Part shown: positions 1-11,532 of the stretch, piece by piece
Position numbering within the stretch: the stretch's first letter is position 1
How the letters are laid out: every line of letters starts with the position of its first letter
Made by a program: the position numbers and the translations under genes
Assembly (NCBI GenBank): GCA_000004985.1
Contig: GG738849.1
DNA from: Naegleria gruberi
Taxonomy: Eukaryota
Length of the DNA: 64,000 nucleotides
Reading direction: 5' to 3' (one strand)
Notes under the pieces: generated by a model
What the model saw: the letters and a program-made list of their open reading frames with translations, nothing else
Databases searched by the model: none
Told to the model about the DNA's origin: nothing

Positions 1-2799
1 TAATTTGACTTTAAATTAAGATAGGTCAAGGTTTGATTAGTTCTCAATGCCTCAGCAAGAGAAAAGCCTCCCAACTCTCCAACCTTGTTCTTTTGCAAGT
101 CCAAATAAGTTAGTGTTTGATTCTTCTTTAGAACTTGTGCCAGACAGATGGCTCCTTTCTCAGTAATTAAATTTCTACCAATTGTAAGAATGAGAATAGA
201 GCTTGAATTCATTAAACCTCTAGACAAGTATTCTACACCCAAATCTCCTAAATTATTATAGTCGAGAGCTAGTTTGGTAATTTCAAAAGGTCTGTTCTTG
301 ATTGGTATCTCTGAGACTTGATATAAAAAGTTAGACAAGTGAATGGTACCTTCAGGGTACATTTCTACACTGCTCAAATCAAGAGAAAACGGAACAGGAA
401 ACTCTGCTCTTTTAGCATTTTGAACACTCTCTATCATGTCACTAAAAACAAATCCTAAATCATCGGATTTTGAGGTCTGTCTACAATCAATACTGAATCC
501 ATATCTTTCACCTGCTGAGCATTCAAGAGATTTTCTTATAACATAATTTGCGCCCACACTTTGGATAGGATTCAAACGGAAGGAGATTGAAGTCAAGGAC
601 TTGTTATGTTCCAAAGTGTCAATAATGATTTTGGCACCTTTAGCACCAATAGAATTCCAACGTAAATCCAAAGTTTGGAGAATGCACTTTTCACTCAGCA
701 AATACTTGGCAATGGCTGGAGCAGATTTATCAGTCAGGAAACAAGCCCCAACGTCAATCAGAGTCAAGTTAGAACATGACTCCAATATTTGGAACAATTC
801 TATGGCTCCCTTATCTTCAATTCTACAACCTCTGATATCAATTTCTTGCAAGTATGTAATATTTACATGAGGAAGGGCTAAACTCTTTACAATTCCTTCC
901 CAACCCTGATATGAGAATCTTCTTCCCTTGATTCTAATATTTTCCAAATAGACTTGTCTATCTTTAACATTTGAATAGTAATCATAAATGTAATCTCCCA
1001 TGATTTTTTCGTGAATTTCTCTACCAAAAACAACACCAGTGGTTGATGAGTAGACTCTAATCTTTTCCTCCTCACTCACAATTGAATCGCTCAATTGTTG
1101 AATATCTATATTGTTCAACCTTTGTTTATAATCTACTGTTCTCGGTTCAATGGATTTTGTCAATTCGTCAAAATTCAATTGTTCAAACTTGGTAAGGGTT
1201 GGTTTGGCAAGATCAGTCAGCCTATTCCACTGTTCTGATGGTGTGAATAAATAATTATCAAGTGTGTACATGAGAGATTCTTGAGAAGTTACCAAATGTG
1301 AAGCTCTTCCACGAGTGATTAAACTTTTTTGAATGTGTCTCAAACCGTCATCTTTGGAAACAATGAAAATCCTAGTGTGTAAATCTGTGATACGATGTAA
1401 TGCACCAGCAATGGCTCCTAGTAAATAATCAGCAGCATCCTTGAACTTTTTAAAGTATCCCTTATCATAAAAATCAAATAAATACTTTTCAAATGAATTC
1501 ATTCCACTCAAATTCTGTTCCGACAATCTGATCTTTACAAAGTGTAGACTGGAACCACGTTCACGAAGTACCTCCTCACTCACCTTGATAGAAGTTGAAT
1601 ATTTTGGACCTGCTACACCTATTAAAAGACAATCCTTTCCATAATCAAAGTTCCTCTCCTTGAGTAAAAAGATTGACTGGCCCACATTATCCAAATCAAG
1701 AAGAATAATATTCTTAAATCTTCCATATGGATTTTCATGTTTCTTCTCATTGAAATGCAAGTCCAGAATGTCCTTTGTGTACCAATTTGGTTCAAATGCA
1801 TTATAGTAACCCCAGACAAAGTATCTCACATTGTCAAGACATGCCTTGTTCATGAAAAATCCACCCCTCTTTACAAAAACCTCCTCAGATATTGTGGAAA
1901 GTGCTGAATCATCAGTTGGAGGTTTCTTTTGTTTCTTTGCTTCTTTCAATAGTTTGTTTCTGATTCGTTTCAATTCCTTCTTGCTCTTCTTTTCTCCCAC
2001 TGTCGAATCCGTTGTTGATGAAGAATCAATAGAAATGTTATCCGATTCTAAAGGTTGTTGTTGTTGATCAGTTGAATTCAATCCCTCTTCTTGTTGAACA
2101 AGATTCAATGGAACAGGTTGAGGATTTTCCTGTTGTTGATTTTGTTGTTGTTGATTTTCTAAGTCCTGTTGTAATAATTGTTGTGTAGCAAGTTTTTGTT
2201 TGACATACTTTTCAACTCCTGGAAATTCCTTCTTCTTTGTTGGAATTGAACTAAATGTTTCAAAATCAACAAATTCATACAATCTCCACCATAATTCCTC
2301 ACAATATAATTTCCACAAACAATCAATATTGGAAACTTTACAAATTTCAAATAATTTATCCATTCTATCACCATCATTTAATATTTCTAAAATTCTTGTT
2401 CGGAAATCAGAGTTATCATCACACTGATCAATTTGACAATAATCAGTGAATAATTTCCTTGCTTCTATCCAAATGGTAGGAATATCCTTTTTGTGAAAAC
2501 ATTTCTTTTCCTTGAAAACTCTAGTGATTGTATAGGTCAAAATTTGTCCAATCTTTTTAATGTATTCTTCATCGAGAATTATTTCTTGATCATCATCGGA
2601 TATGAATTGTGAAAGTAAAAAGGCTTGATTTAATTCCTGTCTTGCAAGGTACATTGACGGAAATCTGCAACATGTTAAATTTAATAACTCAACTAGCAGT
2701 TTTATTCCATTTGATGATGTGTCTTCATCTTGACTGTTCAGAGTTGTAGTAGTAGATAAATTACCACTATATTGATCACCTTGTTGAGAGAGTTCTGAC
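1..2799 (-). CDS. Partial gene (ATG at 2797-2799, runs off window at position 1) for a protein with a central NYN/LabA-like nuclease-type domain followed by ribonuclease-inhibitor-type leucine-rich repeats
   Basis: Translating the minus strand by hand from ATG 2799 gives MSELSQQGDQYSGNLSTTTTLNSQDEDTSSNGIKLL... with no stop down to position 1 (about 930 aa). It is absent from the ORF track because there is no stop in the window. Motifs IILLDLDNVGQSIF and RIFIVSKDDGLRHIQKSLITRG match the NYN/LabA signature (D-x-D-N ... S-x-D-D-G). Downstream are RNI-type LRRs (LDLRWNSIGAKGAKII, LALDYNNLGDLGVEYL, LDLQKNKVGELGG). Confidence 0.55.
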
Positions 2800-2866
2800 A
2801 TTTTTTTTAAATTGTTTACATTTCAAAAGTGCACCTTCTCTCTTCCAAAACTTTTGTAAACATGGT

Positions 2867-4435
2867 CTATTTCAAAATACAAGGGCACAATCTTCTTGTT
2901 AATGCATGTGAATTGTGGCAATTAAAATCACTTGCTCTGAATCCCAAATAGCAATTTCCATGTTTCATGGCTGGTAGACTGCTTGAAGAAGATCCTTTCT
3001 CATAGGAGCATTTGCAATTCTTTGTGAACTTATCAAATTCATCGCATCTGTTAATGTATTCGAAAAAGCTCACATCACACTTTGCTCCTAATTTACTACA
3101 ACACTGATTACAGTTCTCCCCACTATCACAAAATACGCTCTCCACGTTTTTCAAATCTGAAAGTGAAAACCTATGAGTTGGAGCAAAGGAAGGAAGCATG
3201 GCAGTATTGTGAACGAATTCCGCGTTTGCATTACCAACCTCAGTATCTATTTTCTTTTTTATCAATTCTTGGCAAGGTGAGAAAAGAGAATGAGAACAGC
3301 TTTCCAAATCAAAATCAGATTGAGTTTCATAGCATTGAGATTTTTGGCTCTTTCCCAATGAGAGAAGTTGAAATCTGAATCGGAATGAAATTCTATCCTT
3401 AAAATCAGGGTTATCCAAAAAGAAATTGTCCAATAAATATTTGAGAGAATGTCTTGAATCTTTTTTCTTTTCAAAATAATCAATTGTTGTGGTGATATCC
3501 TTTCTGTTAATAATAGTTCCACTCATTCCATGAGAGAGACGATAACTAGACCAATCCTTTCCCTTCTCACCTAAGTGTTGCATATGCTCAAACACCAGAG
3601 AAAGATGAGAGATTGCCCGAGAGCAGATAATAGCACTCTCATCCATGAACAGTAATGGAGCATCGGAAGAACCTATCACTCTTGTAACAGACTCCTCTAC
3701 CGAATTAAAATCATCAAGTATGTATGTTTTCTTAAATAATCTCACCATTTCATAGAATATCTTTGCCCTGGAAGTAGAATCTTGCCCCACCTTACCAGGA
3801 TAATTAATTACATCCACAACAGCTTCGTGTTTCTTCGAGAAATCATCAACAACTTTTTTCAATCTGTCCTTATAATCAATATCTTGATTAAAGAGGACAA
3901 TACATGGATGGAACAATCTTTGCTTGAACCTTGATAAATTATCCAAGTTTCTCTCAATGTGGTCGTATTCGTGTCCAATATGATTAACCTTAGGATTGCA
4001 AGCAATTAGTACAGTCAAATGACATCTTTCCACAGGTAAACTGTACCACTGAGATTCACCATCAATCGGAATGTAGGGTTGATATTTGTATTGTGTCTTG
4101 GGTTGCTCCACAAAGAAAACCATACTAATATGACATAAAGATATAATAAATAATATTTGGAATGTTGTGAATAGGAACCAACTACTAGCAAAAATTGAAT
4201 AAATAAACCTAACAAAACCAAATATTAATCTAAATATCATTATCGGCACTGAAATTATTAAGAAGAATAAATTTAAAATGAAATTCATAAGTCCCTGTCC
4301 TTTTGTAGAGCACAATGTTCTCAGCTTGAAGTTTAAATTCGCCCAGAACTCCCTCCAAAATATCTTTGCAGAGGAGGATGGAAATCTTGTCGAGGAAGTG
4401 ATTACACCACCAGTATTAAAACTCGTTCGAATCAT
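2867..4435 (-). CDS. Type II membrane glycosyltransferase resembling GT13 (N-acetylglucosaminyltransferase I-like), with a Cys-rich C-terminal region
   Basis: Single 522-aa ORF starting at a real ATG at 4435. The architecture is a 49-aa cytosolic tail, one TM helix (MNFILNLFFLIISVPIMIF), a stem and a catalytic region with LTVLIACNP (cf. GnT-I PILVIACDR) and LLFMDESAI (cf. EDDLE). The tail has many Cys. Confidence 0.5.
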   Translation of the reverse strand: MIRTSFNTGGVITSSTRFPSSSAKIFWREFWANLNFKLRTLCSTKGQGLMNFILNLFFLIISVPIMIFRLIFGFVRFIYSIFASSWFLFTTFQILFIISLCHISMVFFVEQPKTQYKYQPYIPIDGESQWYSLPVERCHLTVLIACNPKVNHIGHEYDHIERNLDNLSRFKQRLFHPCIVLFNQDIDYKDRLKKVVDDFSKKHEAVVDVINYPGKVGQDSTSRAKIFYEMVRLFKKTYILDDFNSVEESVTRVIGSSDAPLLFMDESAIICSRAISHLSLVFEHMQHLGEKGKDWSSYRLSHGMSGTIINRKDITTTIDYFEKKKDSRHSLKYLLDNFFLDNPDFKDRISFRFRFQLLSLGKSQKSQCYETQSDFDLESCSHSLFSPCQELIKKKIDTEVGNANAEFVHNTAMLPSFAPTHRFSLSDLKNVESVFCDSGENCNQCCSKLGAKCDVSFFEYINRCDEFDKFTKNCKCSYEKGSSSSSLPAMKHGNCYLGFRASDFNCHNSHALTRRLCPCILK

Positions 4436-5237
4436 TGCGAGCCTCTCTATTCAATGCCTGAGAAGAAAATATTAAGGTTTTTTTTTGATAAGGCTGTTAC
4501 ACTTTGATATGAGTTCAACGGAAAAACACCACGTTATTTGAATTCCATGGAGCTAGATATCGTGTCATCGTCATCATGAGTGTAGACAAGCGAATAACAA
4601 AGTACTTGTAGGAGTTTCATTTTTCGAAATACTTCCACTTGACAGTCATTATGATGACTTTTATATTAATTATTGTAATATTATCTGGTGTTGCTGAAAA
4701 AAGCAGAAAAAAAAGTATTGATTGTAGATGAATTGAGTTAAAATTCATAGCATACAGCTGATTTACACGCAGAAGTTGAAAAGAAACAATTAAGCGAATT
4801 TACAACTGTTAACGATGTTCTTAGTATGATTGGTTCCAAATGGGATTCTATCAAGAAGTTTGTAAATGAATTGCAAAAAAAACGAACTTTGAAAACAGTT
4901 TAGCCCTTGCTTCTCTAAATTCTTATTTGCCAAAGAAGTAGTTGAAAGAAACACAACAAAAGAAAATTGAACAGATTGAAAGAAAAGCATGAGTAATAGC
5001 CCTCAAACATTATCAAACAAATAAATCTTAAATATTATTCAAGTAAACTGTTTTGTAGTGCTTAGCGGATGAAAAATTCATGTCGTACTTGAAATCAGCT
5101 TTCAATCTGCTTGTGTGTGTTTGATGAGAGAAGAGCTGATAATTACAATAGAAAAAAATAGATCCTCTTCTTCTCCATTGCTTCCAATAACAAGTTATTG
5201 TCCCTAAATTTTATTACTATTGGAAAGTTAAGAAAAT

Positions 5238-7246
5238 ATGATGAGAAATTGTAAAAATTGGTTTCATGTTGTTAACAAGACGAGAAATGGTCTTGCATCA
5301 ATGAATAAGAAGAATACATTAACATCTTCCGCACTTGTTAACAGCAGTAATATGCTAATGAATAGAAGTTTTCAAAAGTCAATCATCTCATCATCATTTA
5401 ACAAACAACAATATTCAATGGAAGATTACTTTCATTTGGGACATATTCTTTGTGATCAACATGTTAAAAAGGATGAAAAATCAATTGCGTTGAACTATTT
5501 GACAAGTGATGGAAAATTTCAATATACTTTTAAACAATTGAGTGATTATAGTGAACAGTTTGGTCAATTTTTGAAAAGTCTTGGTTTGAAACGTCAAGAT
5601 AGAGTTTCAATCCTATTACCAAAGTGTCCAGAATTAATGATAAGTGGTCTAAGTATTTGGAGAAATGCAATGACCTATGTTCCTCTATTTACTGCCTTTG
5701 GACCAGATGCTATTGCACATAGAGTTTTTGACTCTGAATCCAAGGTTATCATTACTGATGAGGCTAATCGCCCAAAATTAGATCCCATTCTCAGTCAATT
5801 AGAAGAGAGAGGTGTTAAAATTGTCATTGTTGAGAAGAGTATTGCAGAGAGTATGGCCTATAGAGTAGTGGATGGAAATGCACCACTATTAACCTCATTT
5901 AGCTCTTTCAAACCAAATGAATACAGATTTTGGAATAGTTCAATTTTATCTAGTCAACAAAGACCAATCATTAGAGATTCTACTGGAATGGATAAGAATG
6001 ATATCATGATTCTCTTGTACACTAGTGGTACTACTGGTAAGAGCAAGGTTAGTATTTCTTCTTGTCAATACACTTATTTTTCTAACAATTATTATCAATT
6101 AACATCCATATTAATTATTATTTTGAATTATTTTGCTTGAATATCCAATTTTTAATCTTTATTTAATAATAGGGTGTACCAGTTTCAGTAAAAGCTTTGG
6201 GATCATTTGAAGTGTATATGAAATATGGACTCCATGTTGAACATGATGATGTATTTTTAAATATTGCAGACCCTGGTTGGGCCTATGGCTTGTATTATAA
6301 TGTTTTAGGAACTCTTCTATTGGGAATTCCAACTTATTTTGTCAATAGATCATTCAATCCTCAAGTAATTTATGAAATATTACAAAATGAACGTGTGACT
6401 AACTTTGCTGCAGCTCCAACAGCATATCGAGCAATGAAAGCACAAGGTCCAGAACTAGCTCAACAATACAAGTTTTATCTCAAAAAGGCCAGCTCAGCAG
6501 GAGAAGCATTAAATAACGAGGTAGTTACCTTCTTTGAGAATATTTGGGGTACAAGAATTAAGAGTCACTATGGTCAAACTGAACATGGTATGCTTATTAA
6601 TTATCATCACCATCCAGAATTAGCTCTTTCATCTGTATCGGAGGTAACAACTATTGGACAACCAATTCAAGGATTTACAGTCACTCTGTTGGATGACGAC
6701 TTTAGAGAAATTTCAGAACCCTATGTGAAAGGTCATTTGGTTATTGATATTGCTAACTCACCTGCTAGGTTCTTTACTGGATACTGGAATCAACCTGAAA
6801 AAACTGAGGAAAAAATGGTTCAATCCCCTTCTTATACAGATGGTCGTTTATTTGAATTGACCGGTGATAGTGCCTATAGAGACGAAAATGGCCTTTATTT
6901 CTTTAGTGGAAGAAGTGACGATATTATCACATCTTGTGGTTATCGTATCTCACCAAAAGAAGTTGAAGATTGTCTGATAGAACATGAAGCTGTTTTTGAG
7001 TCTGGAGTTGTAGGTCAAAAGGACGAGTTGAGAACTGAAATGGTTGTTGCATTTGTTGTGCTCAGATCAGGTTATCAGCCAAGCAAACAACTTGAGCAAG
7101 AGTTGTGTGAACATGTCAAGAAAAAACTCTCAGCTCACCAATATCCAAAGAGAATTTTCTTTGAGGACAAGCTTCCATGCACCGAAGCTGGAAAAGTTAA
7201 GAGAAATATTTTAAGGGATAAGGCAAATGCAATGCTATCTCAATAA
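5238..7246 (+). CDS. AMP-forming acyl-CoA synthetase / acyl-activating enzyme (medium-chain ACS family), 2 exons
   Basis: Exons are 5238..6047 and 6173..7246 (627 aa); the intron runs 6048..6172 (GTTAGT ... AATAG). Splicing recreates the AMP-binding motif YTSGTTGKSKGV. The protein also has YGQTE and a C-terminal K of the adenylate-forming superfamily. The ORF-track M at 6197 is a TTG, not a real start. Confidence 0.85.
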
Positions 7247-7482
7247 ATTGAGAATAACTTTTTTACAGAGAGCTTTAGATTTGTATCTTAACAACTCGAG
7301 ATAGTCCACTTCCACATTCCATATTACCAAAAATAGATTTTGAACTGTTCAAACAATTTTTAACATGCATTTTTTAAAGATGATCCAGCCATTCTGATAT
7401 TAGCAAAGATAACACTTTTGAGAAGAAAGTTCAATTCCAATACATTTACCAAAATTTTTTACTCTTAGATTATAATAGAAAT

Positions 7483-8994
7483 TTAAGGCCAGATACCGAG
7501 TTCATTGTAAGAGAGGGTAATCTTATCAATAGCACTGACGTAAGCAGCAGTTCTGAGGTTGACATTCTTTTCACGAGAAATCTTGATAATATTTTCCCAA
7601 GCTTCATGAACAGTACCTTCCAAACCAGAGTAGACAAAGTCTCTTTCTGATGAACCGTGAGTCAAAGTTTGATATTCAGATTCCTTCAATTCACGACCAG
7701 TCAATAATTGCAAGTGACGAACCATTTCTCTCTTGCCTTTTTCTTCAGCCTTCTTTGTCAAACGACCGAATTGAACGTGACCCAAATTCTTCAACCATTC
7801 GAAGTAAGAAACAGTGACACCACCAGCATTACAGAACAAGTCTGGAATGATGATAACACCTTGCTTTTCCAAAATTTCAGAGGCACCTGGAGTAGTTGGA
7901 CCGTTAGCACCTTCAGCAATAATCTTAGCTTGAATCTTGCTGGCATTCTTCAAAGTAATTTGACCTTCCAAAGCAGCTGGGACCAAAATGTCACAATCAG
8001 CTTCCAAGATTTGTTGAGCATTTTCCAAAACCTTCTTACATCTTGGATAACCCAAAATAGTCTTCTTAGCTTGAACATAAGTCTTGACATCAGTAACATC
8101 CAAACCATTTGGATCATAAACAGCACCATCTCTTTCACCAATACCAACAATGATAGCACCATTTTCTTCAAAGAACTTAGCAGCGTGATAACCAACGTTA
8201 CCCAAACCTTGAACAACAACTCTCTTTCCTTCAATACCAGTCTTCAAACCAACAGACTTCATCAATTCAGCATCAGCACAAGCTTCTCTGACAGAGTAGA
8301 AAACACCCAAACCAGTAGCTTCAGCTCTACCACGAATACCGTTTTGAGAAACTGGCTTACCAGTGACAACACCGAAAGCATTGATATCATTTGGATGGAA
8401 AGTTTGATAAGTGTGAGCAATCCAAGACATTTCTCTTGGACCAGTACCATAATCAGGAGCTGGAACATCGATAGCTGGACCAATAACACCACGTTGGATC
8501 AATTCAGCAGCGAATCTACGAGTAACTCTTTCAATTTCTTCAACAGTGTGAGCAGCAGGATCAATACAAATACCACCCTTGGCACCACCGAATGGAACAT
8601 CAACACAAGCACACTTGAAAGTCATCAATGAAGCCAAAGCCATAACTTCATTTCTATTGACCATGGTATCGTAACGAATACCACCCTTGGTTGGGAGTCT
8701 GTGGTGAGAGTGTTGAGCTCTGTAGGCACGGATAGTTTGAACGACCTTCTTACCGTTCTTATCAATTCTTTCGTGTGGGATGATGAATTCATAAACACTA
8801 TCAACTTCCTTGATGAATTGCAAAAGACCAGGTTCGTGGAGAGTAGAGTTGGCAGCCTTGTCAAAGTACATTTCAACTTGTTCCAAGAACTTTGGTTCGT
8901 CGTCTTCAACAGCACTTCTGTTGGCAACAGTTGTGGAGAACAATCTCTTTTGATTGCTCAAGCCCTTGATGAGTTTGGTTGTATTTCTGAGCAT
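7483..8994 (-). CDS. GLUD: Glutamate dehydrogenase (ELFV family, mitochondrial-type, GLUD-like)
   Basis: 503-aa single exon with a real ATG at 8994. It has the GGAKGG catalytic motif, the NAD(P) Rossmann motif GLGNVGYH and an N-terminal basic presequence (MLRNTTKLIKGLSNQKRLF). Confidence 0.95.
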   Translation of the reverse strand: MLRNTTKLIKGLSNQKRLFSTTVANRSAVEDDEPKFLEQVEMYFDKAANSTLHEPGLLQFIKEVDSVYEFIIPHERIDKNGKKVVQTIRAYRAQHSHHRLPTKGGIRYDTMVNRNEVMALASLMTFKCACVDVPFGGAKGGICIDPAAHTVEEIERVTRRFAAELIQRGVIGPAIDVPAPDYGTGPREMSWIAHTYQTFHPNDINAFGVVTGKPVSQNGIRGRAEATGLGVFYSVREACADAELMKSVGLKTGIEGKRVVVQGLGNVGYHAAKFFEENGAIIVGIGERDGAVYDPNGLDVTDVKTYVQAKKTILGYPRCKKVLENAQQILEADCDILVPAALEGQITLKNASKIQAKIIAEGANGPTTPGASEILEKQGVIIIPDLFCNAGGVTVSYFEWLKNLGHVQFGRLTKKAEEKGKREMVRHLQLLTGRELKESEYQTLTHGSSERDFVYSGLEGTVHEAWENIIKISREKNVNLRTAAYVSAIDKITLSYNELGIWP

Positions 8995-9497
8995 TTTGAT
9001 GTGTTGTATTTTTTATCAAAATTTAATTTTTAAAAAAATCGAGATGCGTTGCGCAAAAGAAAAACGGAATGTGATGTGGCGGCCTCATTGAGAAGATGAG
9101 GAGCTTTCGTTGAAAACAAAATGGAGGCTGTGTTTGGTTGCAAGTACTCATGACTCTTTTCAGAGGTTGGTACTCAATATGGCCAAATATGCGCATTGTA
9201 AACTATAGTTCCAGCACAAACATAAGATTTTTGAAGTTTCTTCCGAACCAATCAATTTTGCAAAGAGTATTGAGGCATTGAGGGATTTAACAACAGGATC
9301 CAACAAACTGGACCTATTTATGGGAATAAAAAAAATACGCCTCGTTGAGTGAGATTTGTTCAATTGAACTTTTACTTGGAGCTTATAATTGTGTTGAGAG
9401 TAAATTTGTAATTCTCACTTTCCAAAATTAATTATCTCTGTATTTAGAGTTCTTGGGCATTTTTGATTGAAAAAAATTGTTTTAATGTTTAATTTAT

Positions 9498-11165
9498 TTA
9501 TCGGTGGGGAGAGGCACCAGGAGAGCTAGTGATATTAGAATCAACAGTAAAATTGTTATTAGAAACAACAATGTTAGGTACACTCATGTGGTGTCGAAGC
9601 ATTTCTTGTCTCTTTCTGAGAGATCTTTTGAATTGTGTTTGAATGTGAAAGTATTGAAGAGTTTCAGTAGCCAAATCAAGTGCCACTTTTCCTTCTTCAT
9701 CTTTTATCGTTACGTCAGCTCCATATTCTATTAAAATTCTGACACAATCTGGAAATCCTCTTAATGAGGCCTTTTTTAAATAATTGAAATTAAATAAATT
9801 AAATAAATTGAATAAAACATAAAGTTAAATTAATAAATTCAATAAATATATATTATTAATAAAGAGGTGAATAAATAATAACATACATAATGAAGTGCAG
9901 TTCTTCCAAAAGTATCTACACTATTAATTTTTGCTCCAAATTGTAAGAGCACTTGAAGGACAGATCCATGTCCCTTCGATGATGCAAAATGCAAACTTGT
10001 CCAATTATGTGATAGTTCACATGTTTCATTCACGTAATGTTCTTGTTCTTGTGGTGTCAAGTTAGTTTGATTAATAAGGTAGTATGCAGTCTCATCGTGA
10101 CCTTGTTCTGAACAAACCATTAGACAAGAGAGTCCGCTTGTCAAATCACGTTCATAAATTGACACGTTGTATTGAAGGATGAGTGAGACAATATCTGTAA
10201 AACCAAATGAACAAGCCATTAACATGGGTGAATAACAAGTTGATGATGAGGAGGGTGATGTTGATGAAGATTCACTTCCTGTTGAGCCTCCACTCAAACT
10301 TCTCTGATGGTGAGAAAGTCTCGGAATGTGAAGAATGGTAGAAATTGAAGTTTTTGGGTAGGGTGAAAGATCTCCTGCTGAAGAAGATGAAGAGGTAGGA
10401 TTGTTAGGATGAAGAGGAGCACCATATCTTAGTAACAATTCACAAATGTGAACATGATTTTTCTGAATTGCAAAGTGAAGAGGTGTCATGTATTGAAGTG
10501 AGGGAACTGTTGCAGTGATACTGGCATTATTATTGAGTAGTAAGGCACACATCTCAAAATCACCATTCTCTGCGGCTGCATGAAGACATGTTTTCCCAGT
10601 CTTGGTGGGTTCATTAGGTGAAGCTCTCAATTCGAGTAGCAATTTGGCAACTTGCAGATGATTATTTTCAACTGCTCTATAGAGTGCAGTACAACCGTAT
10701 TCATCTTTTTCATTGATGGAAATGGTTGTACACTCTACTACTAAATTTTGAACTGTTTCAATATCTCTAAAATGTTTAAATATCCACATTTCCATAAAGT
10801 TTGTATTTTCATATTTAATTTAATCATCACCATGTTGTAATATATTAACAATAATAATATTTCATTTCAACAACAGTATTATTTACGGAAAAAGTAACCA
10901 TTCATAGATTCATTATTCGTACAATGATGAGTATTTTCCAATTCAAAATTAAAACTTACCCATTAGAGGCAGCTTTTGCCAATCTACTTGCTTCAAATGA
11001 AAAGGTCTTTGGGTCTGAATAATCAAGTAATCTCTCCTAAATTTATAAAATAATTAATTTTATCACAGAATTCCCCAAGTTTGTAAATACTGCTACTATA
11101 ACAATTAAAGTACTAACATTTGAAGGTAAAAGATGTATTCTCATACATTGAATGCACTGCCCCAT
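9498..11165 (-). CDS. Ankyrin-repeat protein, 4 exons (425 aa), N-terminal MGQCIQC possible acylation site
   Basis: Exons (minus strand) are 11165..11118, 11036..10960, 10766..9887 and 9770..9498; total 1278 nt = 426 codons. Donors are GTTAGT, GTAAGT and GTATGT. Splicing yields ...LAKAASNG|DIETVQNLV... and TALHY|ASLRGFPDCVRILIEYGADV, consistent ankyrin consensus (G-TALH-A...GADV). Confidence 0.6.
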
Positions 11166-11532
11166 GTTGTTGCTGTTGTTGTTATATATTCTTGTTATTT
11201 TTGTATTTACAAATCCTAGTGTTCGTGTGCCCTCGCTCTGTTAGAGTATTATCCACGTGATCAAAAGGTATTAATTTGTGGAGATCAATTCTAATCTCTC
11301 CAATAAGATGATGAGATAGAAACAGATGATTGAGTGCTTCCAATTTTTTATTCAAATCGATTTGCTAACATGAACGTTGGCCATGAAGGGCGGAATTGAA
11401 AGGAACCAAAAATAAAATCACACACAATTTTTTGATTGAGGGTGGCCATAATAAACTCTTTCCACAATAGATTAATAATAGAAACCAACAGCCTCTGAAC
11501 TCAATAGAAAATGCATGGAAGGAATCAAAAAA

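Noticed and set aside
7708-8631. 307-aa S/T/N-rich ORF on the plus strand inside the glutamate dehydrogenase gene
   Set aside because: It is fully antisense to the strongly conserved GDH coding sequence. Its low-complexity composition is the mirror of GDH codon usage, so it is an antisense-frame artefact.
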